From Geosiphon pyriformis uo1 (taxonomy: Eukaryota > Fungi > Glomeromycota), in contig JAAOMT010000684.1 of the NCBI GenBank assembly GCA_016748015.1, forward strand, positions 1 through 64,000: a stretch of 64,000 nucleotides of DNA, written 5' to 3'. Under the pieces are notes generated by a model. That model saw only the letters and a list, made by a program, of their open reading frames with translations. It was not told the origin of the DNA and did no database searches. Positions 27,496 to 38,692 of this stretch are shown here, piece by piece (positions within the stretch are counted from its first letter, which is position 1; every line of letters starts with the position of its first letter). The position numbers and the translations under genes were made by a program.

Positions 27496-28374
27496 TTACC
27501 TCGTTTGCTTTGATAAAAATGACCCTAATTGCTTCTTAGCAAATTTATTTCCATTCTTCACAGCGATATGAGCCCATCTGATGGCTTCATGCAAGTCTCG
27601 ATTTGTTCTTTCTCCCGTTTGAAAGCATTTACCAAATTTATAAGCAGCTGTAAAAGATCCCCCTAATGCAGATTTCTTATACCAAAAGAAGGCTGCGCCT
27701 GAGTCTTGTATGGTGCCTTTTCCATTTTGAAAGCAGTCCCCAAGAGCATTTTGAGCTGCTCTATATCCTCCTTTTGCTGATTTGCTAAACCAAAAAAAAG
27801 CTTTTTCAATATCCTCCACAGTCCCGATGCTGTCATAATAACATCGTCCTAAATTATATTGAACTGCAGCTGATGCATATCTACTTGTTTGATGATTTTT
27901 ATCACAATCCTTTTTGGTAAATGCGAGCTTCATGGTCTCTTTATTTGCATGAATATCCGATCCTTCGTCATTTTCACAAAATTGTTCTGTTTCAGCGGTT
28001 CTTTTATACCATTGAAATGCTTTCTCTTGATTAATGATCGTGCCAATGCCGTATAAATAAAGGAAGGCAAGTAGAGAAGCAAATTGAACCTGATTCCGCT
28101 TCTTGTGTACCGCATTGAACATATCTCCCGGGCAGACCTTGTTAGTTTCAAGCCATTTGTGAATATTTTCAGCGATAATTTTATCTGTCTCCAAGCGATC
28201 ACCATCTGCGTTGAAAATTTTTAAAAGTTCATTTATGGATGGTGGTTCGTCATCGTTGACATTTAAAATAACCCATTTTTTGGTAGCAGATATTCGTTCG
28301 AATTCATTAGGGTGAAAAGGAATCCTATGACAGGTATTAGAAGCTGACAATACCATCTCATGACATTTGAACAT
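27496..28374 (-). CDS. Sel1-like repeat protein, 292 aa
   Basis: AAVQYNLGRCYYDSIGTVEDIEKAFFWFSKSAKGG and AAQNALGDCFQNGKGTIQDSGAAFFWYKKSALGG are Sel1 repeats. Confidence 0.9.
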   Translation of the reverse strand: MFKCHEMVLSASNTCHRIPFHPNEFERISATKKWVILNVNDDEPPSINELLKIFNADGDRLETDKIIAENIHKWLETNKVCPGDMFNAVHKKRNQVQFASLLAFLYLYGIGTIINQEKAFQWYKRTAETEQFCENDEGSDIHANKETMKLAFTKKDCDKNHQTSRYASAAVQYNLGRCYYDSIGTVEDIEKAFFWFSKSAKGGYRAAQNALGDCFQNGKGTIQDSGAAFFWYKKSALGGSFTAAYKFGKCFQTGERTNRDLHEAIRWAHIAVKNGNKFAKKQLGSFLSKQTR

Positions 28375-29749
28375 AGTGGAGGAATTAGCAAACGAAGAAT
28401 ACTGATGTGTGTATTTTGGAAACCTGTGAAAAATGTAAAGCTGTTTTAATTCAAAGTCTTTTTGCTTTCATTTAAAAGATTGATCATAAAATCGTTCCCT
28501 GGTTTCCTATATTTATTCGGACTTGGCTAAAATTGTATCTGATAAGGAAAATCACAGCAGGTTTGTTTGATCTGGAAAAAAACTATTTACAAGAATTCAT
28601 CGAATCAAGGCTGGTTTGACTTTTTCTTTATTTATTTGAATATTTGCCTATGCCTTATTGATTCAGGCCTTGGAGAAAATCGGTACCTAATTGATAAAAT
28701 TTTTTCACTTGATAAAAAAATAAGATCAAGCCTTACCTCTGTATTGAATTGTTCATTGCGTTATTGGTTCTTGGCTTTTCTCGATAAAGAAAGGTTTTTT
28801 TCAAAAAGGTCAAAATTATAACAAGCTTTACAAAATGTTTTTACTCAGTTAGATAAAGTACTGATCTTGGGGACAGACAGAGTTTCTGTGGGAAAGCTTC
28901 GATGAGAAGACTGTGATAATTCCCCCTTAACCGGTAATAATCTCCTTGTTTTTTGCCACATGAAAGGCACGACATCAATATTTCATAATGTCACACTAGA
29001 ATTATCGACTTCTTGAAAAACCGGCTGAACTTGTTTATATTTGAAATCTTTTAACACCATTGTACAATGAGTAACCTTTTAATGACAGATTAACTTATAT
29101 GTGATTGATAAAAAATTGATAAACCATTGAAAGCAAGTGAATTAAACTCATTTTGAACGTTACGCATTTTTTTTTAAATTTAATAACTAAATAAAAAATT
29201 GATAAACACTTTAAAAGATAAACTTTCTCTATTTATATTAATATTATTTAGATACTTTAGTCGCAGCAATTCAAACTGTGATTATGGTACTTTTTGATCA
29301 TTTTTTGTTATCTTTTCCAAATTTTGTGAGCACAAAATTTTCAAAAAATTAAGTATCTGATATTGAAAATTAAAGTGATATTTGGTTAATTCTATCACAC
29401 TATATTCTTTATCACTAAATTGAGAATCGATTATTAAGGTTAGGACTTTAAAGTATGGAGCAAAATATTGCGAAATTTTCTATTTAAATTTGTTACCAAT
29501 AATGGTTACTACATTTCTCGGCTAAATTCAATCGCTATAAAAATAGGAGAAAGTTAGATATCGAACTGATTCAGCGGCATTAGCACATGTGTTTCAGACA
29601 TAGCTTGAATGCTGAAAAAGAAATCTAAATCCAATAGCATTCAAATAGGTCTCAAGTGAATCATATTAACATGCAAGTAACATGCAAAATCAAAAGCATG
29701 ACAATAAAGAATCCACCTACGTTTTGTTAGGCATGTGAATGTATCATGA

Positions 29750-31400
29750 CTATTAAATAGTTTTTGATTAATAAGAAACCTTTATTTAAATAATTAAATT
29801 AAGGTTTCTCTAAGGTTCAACAATTATTTAAGATAATTTTTTAAAGATGCCAAGAAAAACATTTTTTACATAATATAATATTTCTTTTTCCTTAAAAGTT
29901 TTACCAAAGTTTGAAGATTTAGGTTTGATTTTAATTTGTAATTATTTAATTGAAATAGAAATAAATTTTTAGTAATTTTCAATGAAATTAAATTTCAAGT
30001 AATTTTGCATTGTTAAAAAAATATTGATACTATTATTTAGTTGTTTTTTTTTAAAATTATATATCTAACATTAATTGTATTTTTTTAAATTATTAATTAA
30101 TTTAAAGCAACAACAACAACAACAATATTATTATTATTATTATTATCATTATTATTATTCCTATTTGTTTTTATTTTTAAGTTTATTTAATGTAATATTT
30201 TGAATTTTTAGAAATTATTTTTATTTGTATGTATTTTAAAAATCATCAATAAATATATTAATTAAATGCATATTGGTATTCCTTTGTAAATTTAAATATA
30301 ATATTCAATAAATTTTGCAATGAAATAAATGATAATTGAATAAATTGAATATTAAATATTCAAAATATAAAAAATTAAAAATTAAAAATAATTTTTACAT
30401 TGTTGGTTTTAAATTTAATTAATTAATAATTGTTTTTAAAAATTATTAATAATGAAAGTTATCAACAATTAATAATTCATTTAATAAAGTTTATCGGAAG
30501 TTTAGTGCCTTGAATAGCTTGTTTGGCTAGTTATATGTCTATCACAAATTTTTTTTTAGTTTATACTTGTAGATAATGGTTGGGCTCGCTTCATAAAGCA
30601 TAATAAAATTTTAATAAAATTGTTAAATTAAATATTTAATTATTACATATTCGCAATTCTAGATTGCATTGCAACTGTTATTTATTATATTTTTAAATAT
30701 AGCTAAAATAATAGAAAATAATAATAAAATAAAATATTTTGATAATCAATCTTAACAAAGATGGTTAAAAGTAATAATAAATGAGACATATATATTTTTT
30801 GTATGTGATTAACTATTTTTTTAAATTAATTAATCAGTATTGTAATATTGATACTTTTTATTTATGTTTTTATTATTTTTTGTTAAAAACTATTTTTAAA
30901 TAGCTGAAATAAAAATTTTCAAGCCTATTTATTTTTTTAAATAAAACTTAATCAAAAACATATAATTAAAAAATTTTGCCAAAATTTTTATATGTGTTAT
31001 AATAATGGTTTTTGTTTTGTACCTTTTATTTATCATAATAGTTTTTTTGGTATTTAGTTGTTTATTCTTAATGTTAATAGCAAGATATCTTGAATAAATT
31101 GTATTTATTGATGTTTTATTGTTTAAAAACTATTTATTTTATAAAATTAAAAAATAACAGTTATAACCATAGTAAATAAGTAATTTTTTAATTCTAATAA
31201 GATCTTAATTTTTAATCATTTGATTTTTTTAAAATCACAAGCATAATAATAGCTTTCTTAATGAAACATATCAATTCTGGTAAAATGATTTATTTTATTT
31301 AATAAGGCTAAAAATACAAATATTTAGATAAATTTGTTAACTATTATTTTAGACATTATTTCTTCAAATATTAAGCCAGACAGTTTTGTTTTGAGTAGGT
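29750..31400. mobile_element. Extremely AT-rich block, probably a hypermutated transposon relic; includes (CAA)n/(TTA)n at ~30108-30160
   Basis: About 12% GC in a sampled line, near absence of CpG, and stop-riddled in all frames. No TE domain is recognisable, and the boundaries are approximate. Confidence 0.35.
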
Positions 31401-33098
31401 GTATCAATTTTAGCTCTTAAACCATGTGCCAAGAACCTAAAAAATTTCAGGATTAAGATTCAAAAAAATGATCAATTCAGGGAATTTTTTTGAAGAACAG
31501 AGCCTATATTTTGAATTATTGAAGAAAACTGGTAAGTTTAATCTTCTGTAAATTTAGAGTTTTTTATATTTTGTTTCTTGAGGTAACAGATGAAAATAAA
31601 GTCGCATTAATCGATAAGGTGTTTCGGTTTTTGACCATTTTAAATTAGACAGGAATGTAAATCCTAAATATTATAGAAGAAGCGAAAAAAAATTAGATGT
31701 TTTGTAAGCAATAATTTAGAAAATAGAAGTAATAAATAAAATCTTTAAATTAAATTTTTATTTTTAATGAAAAGATAAGTTATGCACCAAAAGTTACTTT
31801 TTAAAAGAACCTATTTCAAAAAGACTCCAATTGTGTGGTATATAAGAAAATCCACATATCAGTCAACTTTGCAACTCTATTCGGCTGGCTCGTTATCCGA
31901 ATATACGGCTGAGAACCCAGATTATCAATCCTGATTGTCGGGAATTGAAGAAAATGCTAGAGTAAAATTAGAACCACTAATCCATTTGTGAAGCGTCGGG
32001 CAGTTATCGAATATTAGCACAAGAATTGGAAATGAGTTGCTATCCTTAATTATAAAAAAGATTGGGGAATTTGATAGAACATTCTTCAAACTACCGAAAG
32101 ATTTTATTTTCAAAATTTATATTACACTATATTTAAGATAATACTCTTAACAAAAGCACATCTAAATTTGGTACGTATTTGGTCAAAAATATTTGTGTGT
32201 TTTTTATTTTAATAAAAATCGTCACTTTTTCTTATATCATACAAATTCTTAAAACTAAAACAAGTATGTCTGTTTTAATTTGAATTTTGATATTTCGTCC
32301 TGAATAAATATTTGTTATAAATTTAGAAATGAATATTTCTCTTCCTTGGATTTGTTAAAACAATTTTAACATGATGAAAACCTTTTATGTAGTCAATCTA
32401 ATACAATCCAGAAAAGAAGCTATCAAATTTTTAAATAGAATAACTATCATTTGAAAAGAAGCATTAAAGCGTAATAAAAGACAAAATCAAATAATAAATA
32501 TCTGAAGCTTATTCATTTTATGTTAAAATTTTTTGTAAATTCTATTTGTACAATTTTATTTATTTATTCTGTGTAAATTAAAATATAAATAATCATTCTG
32601 CTAAATATATTTAACAACTAAAATATAATTTCTCTAATATTTATTATACAACAACATAATTAATTCAAAACACTAGCATTCAGTTCATTGTTTATTTTTT
32701 GCCATATTTGTTATATTTGATTAGAAAAATAAAAAAATATTATTGTAAATAAGCATGCATAAAAAAATGATGAAAAATTAAATTAATTACCACCTTGTAT
32801 TTGAAAGTCAGTAAAAAATATTTATTATATTTTAATAAAAAAAAATTTGAATTTATTTTAACTTGTAAATAATATTTAGATTTTATAATTTTTATATCAT
32901 ATGTAATTGTCACCATGATTCATTCGATAATTTAAGGAAAGGCTATACACCATTGATCGACATGCGGATTTATTTATCGACCTTGCTCCGGATACTTCTG
33001 TCCACCCTGTAAAAGATTTTCACACTGATTTGGGTTATAAAGGTTTACTCATTTTCTTTTAATGTATTAGGTCTTTAACAGTCCTTTGAAAGAAAAAG

Positions 33099-34066
33099 AT
33101 GGATTTTTCAACGTTTAATGATATGGAGAACAGAGCGATCCAAATATTTGAGAAGCAAATTCTTGACCAAACTTATGAAATTTTTAGTGTTGGAAACATT
33201 GATTGGGAATATTATTCTCAAATTGCCAGAAATATTTCACGACACATAAATAACAATAACTATCCATCTGAACGCTTATTCGACCTTGTTTTCCATGACC
33301 AAAATCACCCACAACGTCGTTGCCTTTTAGCCTTATTTTATGATTTTGGTATCGGCGTAGATGTTAATCGAGAAATGGCGTTCAAATTATATAAGGAAGC
33401 AGCTGAAGACGACGATCTATTGGCTCAAATTGAAGTAGGCCGGTCTTATGAAACTGGTCAAGATCTCATATTTCCTATAAGAATTGTAAATCTTAACATA
33501 GAGAAACTTTTGATCATTGATGTTCTTCAAAATCTGCAGGCATCGGTGTCGAGAAAAATCCAGAAAAGGCTTTTTGGTGGTACCAAAAAGCAAGTCTAAA
33601 AAATTTTTCCAGGGGATTCTTCTTTGTTGGCTCATCTTATGAATTAGGGGTAGGTACAACCAAAAATAGCCTCAAAGCCTTTGAATATTACCTATTGGCT
33701 GAAGCTGCCGGTTATACCCCAGCACGTCTTAAATTGGCGTATTGCTACAAAGTTGGGAGTTGTGCTCCTAAGAATGAACTTAAGGTAAATTAATCTTAAC
33801 CCCATTTAAATCGTTTGTGTTGTTAAATTATGTACAAATCTTCACACATATTTTTGCAGGAAATTTATTGGTATAAGAAGGCATCGGAATGTCGTAGCAA
33901 TCTAATCGCTCTTTCCTGTCTCGGTTGCAAATATGTCGAGGGCTCTGGTTTCAACAAAGATATACATGAGGCTTTTCGCTGCTTTACTAAAGGATTAAAA
34001 TATGGAGACCCAGATTTTCATGAATTTTTGAAACTTTTTTGTAAAAAATCCATCTATTCTAAATAA
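33099..34066 (+). CDS. Sel1-like repeat protein, 3 exons
   Basis: Introns 33457-33539 and 33785-33859 give continuous Sel1 repeats: AQIEVGRSYETGIGVEKNPEKAFWWYQKAS..ARLKLAYCYKVG..EIYWYKKASE..KDIHEAFRCF. Confidence 0.88.
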
Positions 34067-34289
34067 AAAAATTAAATCTTCAAAAATATTTCCATTTTGA
34101 GAATCAAAATTTTAAAAGAGCTTATTTTGTAACTCACTCAGAACATGCGATTATTGAAATTTTTGAGATGTAAAAGTTTCAGAAGCCTAAGCCTCAGGGT
34201 TATGTCGGAATTAAACCATTTCTATATTATCACATAATTGAAGAGGAGAATGCTTTATAGACTGACAGCAACAACACTGACATGAGAGG

Positions 34290-34900
34290 ATCCCAATTTT
34301 GTTAACCAGAGCTTTGTGAATGTCACTTTGAGTCCCAATATCTTTTCCAAAACAAAGACACAATATGTTCATACTTTTCTCGAGACCTTTTAGATTAGAT
34401 TGTAAATGCCAGCAGAATTCGATTCTTTGTTTCTATCCATAAAGAATTTTGCGAGAAATTAATTTGACCAGATCTGTAAACCATCAATCAAATTTATGGC
34501 GAACCTTTGAAATAAAATTCAGCAAGATCACATTGTGCCCTTGGATTCCCAGTTAGAACAGAAGCTTGAATCCAAAAAATGCTATTGAATGAACAATTTA
34601 AAGGTAATTCTTCGACATAGTGGCATCCAAGGCATCTTTGAGCAAAAGCATTTCCCATTTCAGCTCCTTTATGTAATTTTTTAGGGAGATGTCATTACCT
34701 TTTCTACATTAAAATAGCAATATCCCGTTTCTGCCATAGCTAAAGGCAAATCAGCTTCAGCAGCCATATTGTACCCTCTAAAATCTTGATGCGCTATCGA
34801 TAAAGAAATCCAAGCAGCAACGCGTATTTAAGGTTTCGACAGGTTTTTTGAGCCCAACTTAAAAGGAATTTGTGGCTCGCGTTTATTTTTGGTTAACTAT
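34290..34900 (-). pseudogene. Sel1-like repeat pseudogene (fourth family member)
   Basis: Minus-strand fragments in different frames, broken by stops: KYALLLGFLYR*, YNMAAEADLPLAMAETGYCY, KGAEMGNAFAQRCLGCHY, GNPRAQCDLAEFYFKG, IGTQSDIHKAL. Confidence 0.75.
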
Positions 34901-35612
34901 GAATTGACATGAATCACAATATGATCAACTAGCATCCATTTAACACAATTTTCTTTACTGATATTTAGAAGTTCCTGAACGAATTTTCGGACTGATTTGG
35001 CAATTCGGGATCTTTGAATTCTTAGTAAGTGCTCGGAATTTTATAAATCTCAAAGAGCAAACATTATCTCGACATTTCAGGAATTGAACCTATTTATGCC
35101 TTAGACCAACTATTTAGCAGTTTCCTATCTTGTTAACTCATTAATAAATATACTATTGTTAGCTTTCTGATGGATTGTAACACATCAAAAAGTTTAACAA
35201 AAACATTAGCCATTAAAAGGGTCATATCAGGAAATATTCAATCTTAAATCGGCTTGTAATTCTAAATTATCCCACGATAAATTGCTTAAGTAATTGGCTG
35301 CTTCAAAGATTTAATTGAATCTTATTAAAGAACTTTAATAAATTAAGGGCTTAGAATTTTTGGCTGGTGCATAGGCTCTGGAGCAATTTATTAATACAGA
35401 AAACGTCAACTTAAACAAGCAAATAGAAAGGTAAATGACGAAATTAAAACTCAATATTTAAATTCTAACCCATTCTTTAACTTTCATAGGGTATTTTTTA
35501 TTCCTATAGAACATTTTAAGATATTAATCATACCAAATTCCAATAGAATCAACTAGAAATTATTCAAATCAGATAAATTCTTTAGAGAGCAGAATCAAAA
35601 GATGAAGGGCTC

Positions 35613-36140
35613 ATGACAGCAAAATTAGCGATTCCTATTGAAATGATTGCAAGTTTGATAATGATGACGATTTATTTACTGATGCGACGATATTATCCTC
35701 GTTTGGCCGATCGTGTTTCTTTTCGAGCAACGGGTTGGGCAGACTTCCTTCTAACTTGCGGCCAGGATTCATCTGTGGGTTTTCGGTAGGTTTTAAGAAT
35801 TTAATAACTTTCAAATCTCAATCATTCTAATCCGTGTATATTTTAAAAAGGTTTGGGGAATCGTATTCTCGAGTTTGCTCTCGCTTTTCTTCTAGAACTC
35901 CATAGTAATTGAAAGTATTTCACTCTAATCTTTGAATCGAAATGCTTGGTTTTTCGTATGAATCTTCGCCTAATATATGTTTGGTTTTGTACAGAACCTT
36001 CAAATCGTGGCTCTAAATGAAACCAAGGTGTGAGAAATTTAGAAAAATTTTATGTACCCTGCTCGATTTTTTTAGCTTCTTTCATATCAATCTTGCCAAT
36101 CACTCAAAACATGTATGGCTGGAACAAGCCGGGACAGTAA
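35613..36140 (+). pseudogene. Truncated GPCR-like (cAMP-receptor/Git3-like) pseudogene
   Basis: TM1-ICL1 IASLIMMTIYLLMRRYYPRLADRVSFR..AD; TM3-like VWGIVFSSLLSLFF*..NLQIV; TM4-ECL2-like LEKFYVPCSIFLASFISILPITQNMYGW. Contains a stop and a frameshift, with introns between the blocks. Confidence 0.55.
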
Positions 36141-37685
36141 GTGACGATAAGATATAATTATTAGTATCATTATTATAAAATTGATGTCTCAGGCGACCGT
36201 TTGCGTTTATTAACATTTACCTCTGGCACAAATGTGTTCATGAGTACGAATTACGTTCTCCTTATACTCTCTTGGATATAATAATCTTAAAAGAGGAAAA
36301 AAATCATCAAATGCACAAAATTTCGAAAATAGTATTATCTTCAAAATGAAGATTCAAAAAATTATTAGGTAAAACACAATTCTTGCATTATAACATCAAT
36401 TTGGAACCGACCACAAAGGAATGGTTGCAATATAAAAAAGTTTTCAAGTTTTTAAAGCATCCCAAAGAAAAAGCTCCATACAAGCAAAAAGATGTCGTAA
36501 CTCCAATCAAAAAATCCCGGCACGACAATTATCAGAGGAACAAAGGCGAGCAAAAATCAGCAATTGATCAGAATATTGAATTAATAGACATTCCAACCAA
36601 AAATTCCATTAAAAACCTTGAAAAAACACTGAGATTTCAAAAAAGTCTTCCTTTGAAGCTCTCAAAACCATTCAATAATTGATTCTGACGAAAATACATT
36701 TCTTTTGTAGTTACAATTTCCAAAACATCATCAAACATAGTGATCAAATTACAAACCAACAAATGAAAATCAAATGCTATATGTGATAAACAACTTTAAT
36801 TCGCTTTCGTCAATCGATGAAGGGAGCTTGGAAACAACCTCGAATATCAAGTTTTTTTTTAAAAAGGGAGTCAAAAAGACTGCATGTGTTTTATAAAAAG
36901 AAGTGTCTGATTTCCTCAGCGATCAATAACTATGGACTAAATAAAAACTTAGAGGATCATACAAGATTCCTGTTCCAAATTTCAAATGGGAGTTGCAAGA
37001 TAAGTATAAAACTTAACTTTTCATGGCGAAATTTTGTAACCTTGTATACTTTCTAGGGCAAAAATTAGGTAAAATCAATATTTTTTATTATATGTCCAGC
37101 TACAAAACTTTTTCGAATTAATATAAGATTTCAAATCTTTCAAGTAAGCCTTTCTCAATAAGTGCATCAAAATAAAACAGGCAATTCCGAAAATATTTCA
37201 AGAATGAATAGGACACATTTAATTGCTTATTTAGGAAATAATCCATGTGGATGTTACCAAAGATCTTCGACCCTCAAAATGTTTTGAATTTAATTTTTGA
37301 ATTGCTAAAAACTCCTCAAATGGATCCTTTGCAGGTATCGGGTTTACATTTTTCTACGTTAAGTTCAAGATCTTGTTCTCACCTGCTAAATGTCGATTTC
37401 AGCTAAAATGAGAATGGCGAGAATTTGTTCCTGGAATAAAAAAAGATTTATAAACTTGACTGCATAATTAAAATAAGAACACTACAAACAGTTTTCCCAA
37501 TTTAGAATTCAACCAGATATTTGATTCTCAACGATAAATATATTTCTTTGCCATATTCGAAGCGTCATATTTTATTATGTTTAAGAGATTCATAAATAAG
37601 TGAAATAATTTCGCAAATAACTTTTTTTAAAATATATTTTTTCATCTTAATTGAAGTTCGAATTCTCAAAGAAATCATGAATGTA

Positions 37686-38118
37686 TTATATGGGGCGTGC
37701 TGCAAAAAAACCAGACAAAGTGAACATGTGGAATAAAACAGTCAGGGAAATTCAAAATCTCCCTCGCGGGTAACTAATTCTGGTGTCACGACTGAAAGGA
37801 ATTCGTCTGCAAAGGTTGTTCATCACTGCGTCTACATCTCTTCCTCTTGTGGTGTGGTTGATCCTCCTTGCTGGGCACCGGGGGATGAACGGATTCGACG
37901 GCCCCAACGTCATGACCAGCTCTAAGGTAAAAGTAATTCAAGGCGAATATCTTCTTTATAACTAATTCCAGCTATCTTGGTGACAGCCGGGATAACAGCA
38001 TTGGTATTCTGAGTGCTGAGGAGGAAGCCAGTGAAAAGATAAAAGTCTTTTCAATAACCAAAGCCACAATTGCTTGATGTTCACTTTGTCTGGTTTTGTT
38101 GCAGCACGCCCCATATAA
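37686..38118. mobile_element. 433-bp GC-rich element with 42-bp terminal inverted repeats (MITE-like / foldback)
   Basis: 37686-37727 matches the reverse complement of 38077-38118 at 41/42. TA-rich ends are compatible with a TA target-site duplication. The interior is ~47% GC (hand count of 37741-38040) against AT-rich flanks. Confidence 0.75.
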
Positions 38119-38183
38119 GGGAAATAAAAACCTTGATTTACGATTTATTCATGCTCAGCGAGGCAAGTGTTCTTTGTATTGTC

Positions 38184-38287
38184 ATTATAATTATGATTAT
38201 AATTATGATAATGATTTTATGATTATGATTATGATTATGATTATGATTATGATTATGATTACGATTATGATTATATTATGATTATTG
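38184..38287 (+). repeat. (ATTATG)n hexamer microsatellite
   Basis: Read directly; about 17 imperfect units. Confidence 0.9.
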
Positions 38288-38692
38288 CTTTTATCTGGGA
38301 ATATATGTCCAAGCATAACATTAAAGAGGCTGGAATACAAAACAAAGTCACAAGTGGTAGTTGATTTTCAGACAACAGTAAAAAATCTATTTATTTTTAT
38401 TTGACAACAGAAAAAAATGAATCGATCCTTAAATATTTGACAAATATTATGTATGATTATGATTAATTGTTCGTATTCTGTACATTGAATTCAATTTGTA
38501 TCGGAAAAAGCCAAAATGCTGTAAAGAAAATGCGTATAAGTTTAAAACACAAACTTCTAATTGAAATTTAAAAATCGGGAAATTTCCCTAAATGAAAGTT
38601 GTGGAATGACTGCTTAAGAAAGTTCTTATTCGGGAATTCTTATAAAGTGATAATGATGGGAATGATTTGAATTCATAAAGGTGAAAAGATAA

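Noticed and set aside
37920-38015. LSU rRNA-like words (CTAAGGTA, GGGATAACAGC)
   Set aside because: Short matches at the wrong spacing, with no surrounding rRNA conservation.
38001-38062. Hammerhead-ribozyme-like arrangement (CTGAG..GAAA..TC)
   Set aside because: No register gives CUGANGA, stem II, GAAA, UH and stem I together. It is better explained as a plain 9-bp hairpin.
37686-38118. SRP, RNase P/MRP, U3 or telomerase RNA identity for the foldback element
   Set aside because: No helix-8 GNRA/AGCAG motif, no CR-I/CR-V pairing, no C/D boxes and no CCCTAA template were found by eye.
38096-38281. ORF with an IMIMIM run, plus the many 60-110-aa ORFs antisense to or nested in real genes
   Set aside because: Translations of microsatellites or shadow frames with no independent coding evidence.
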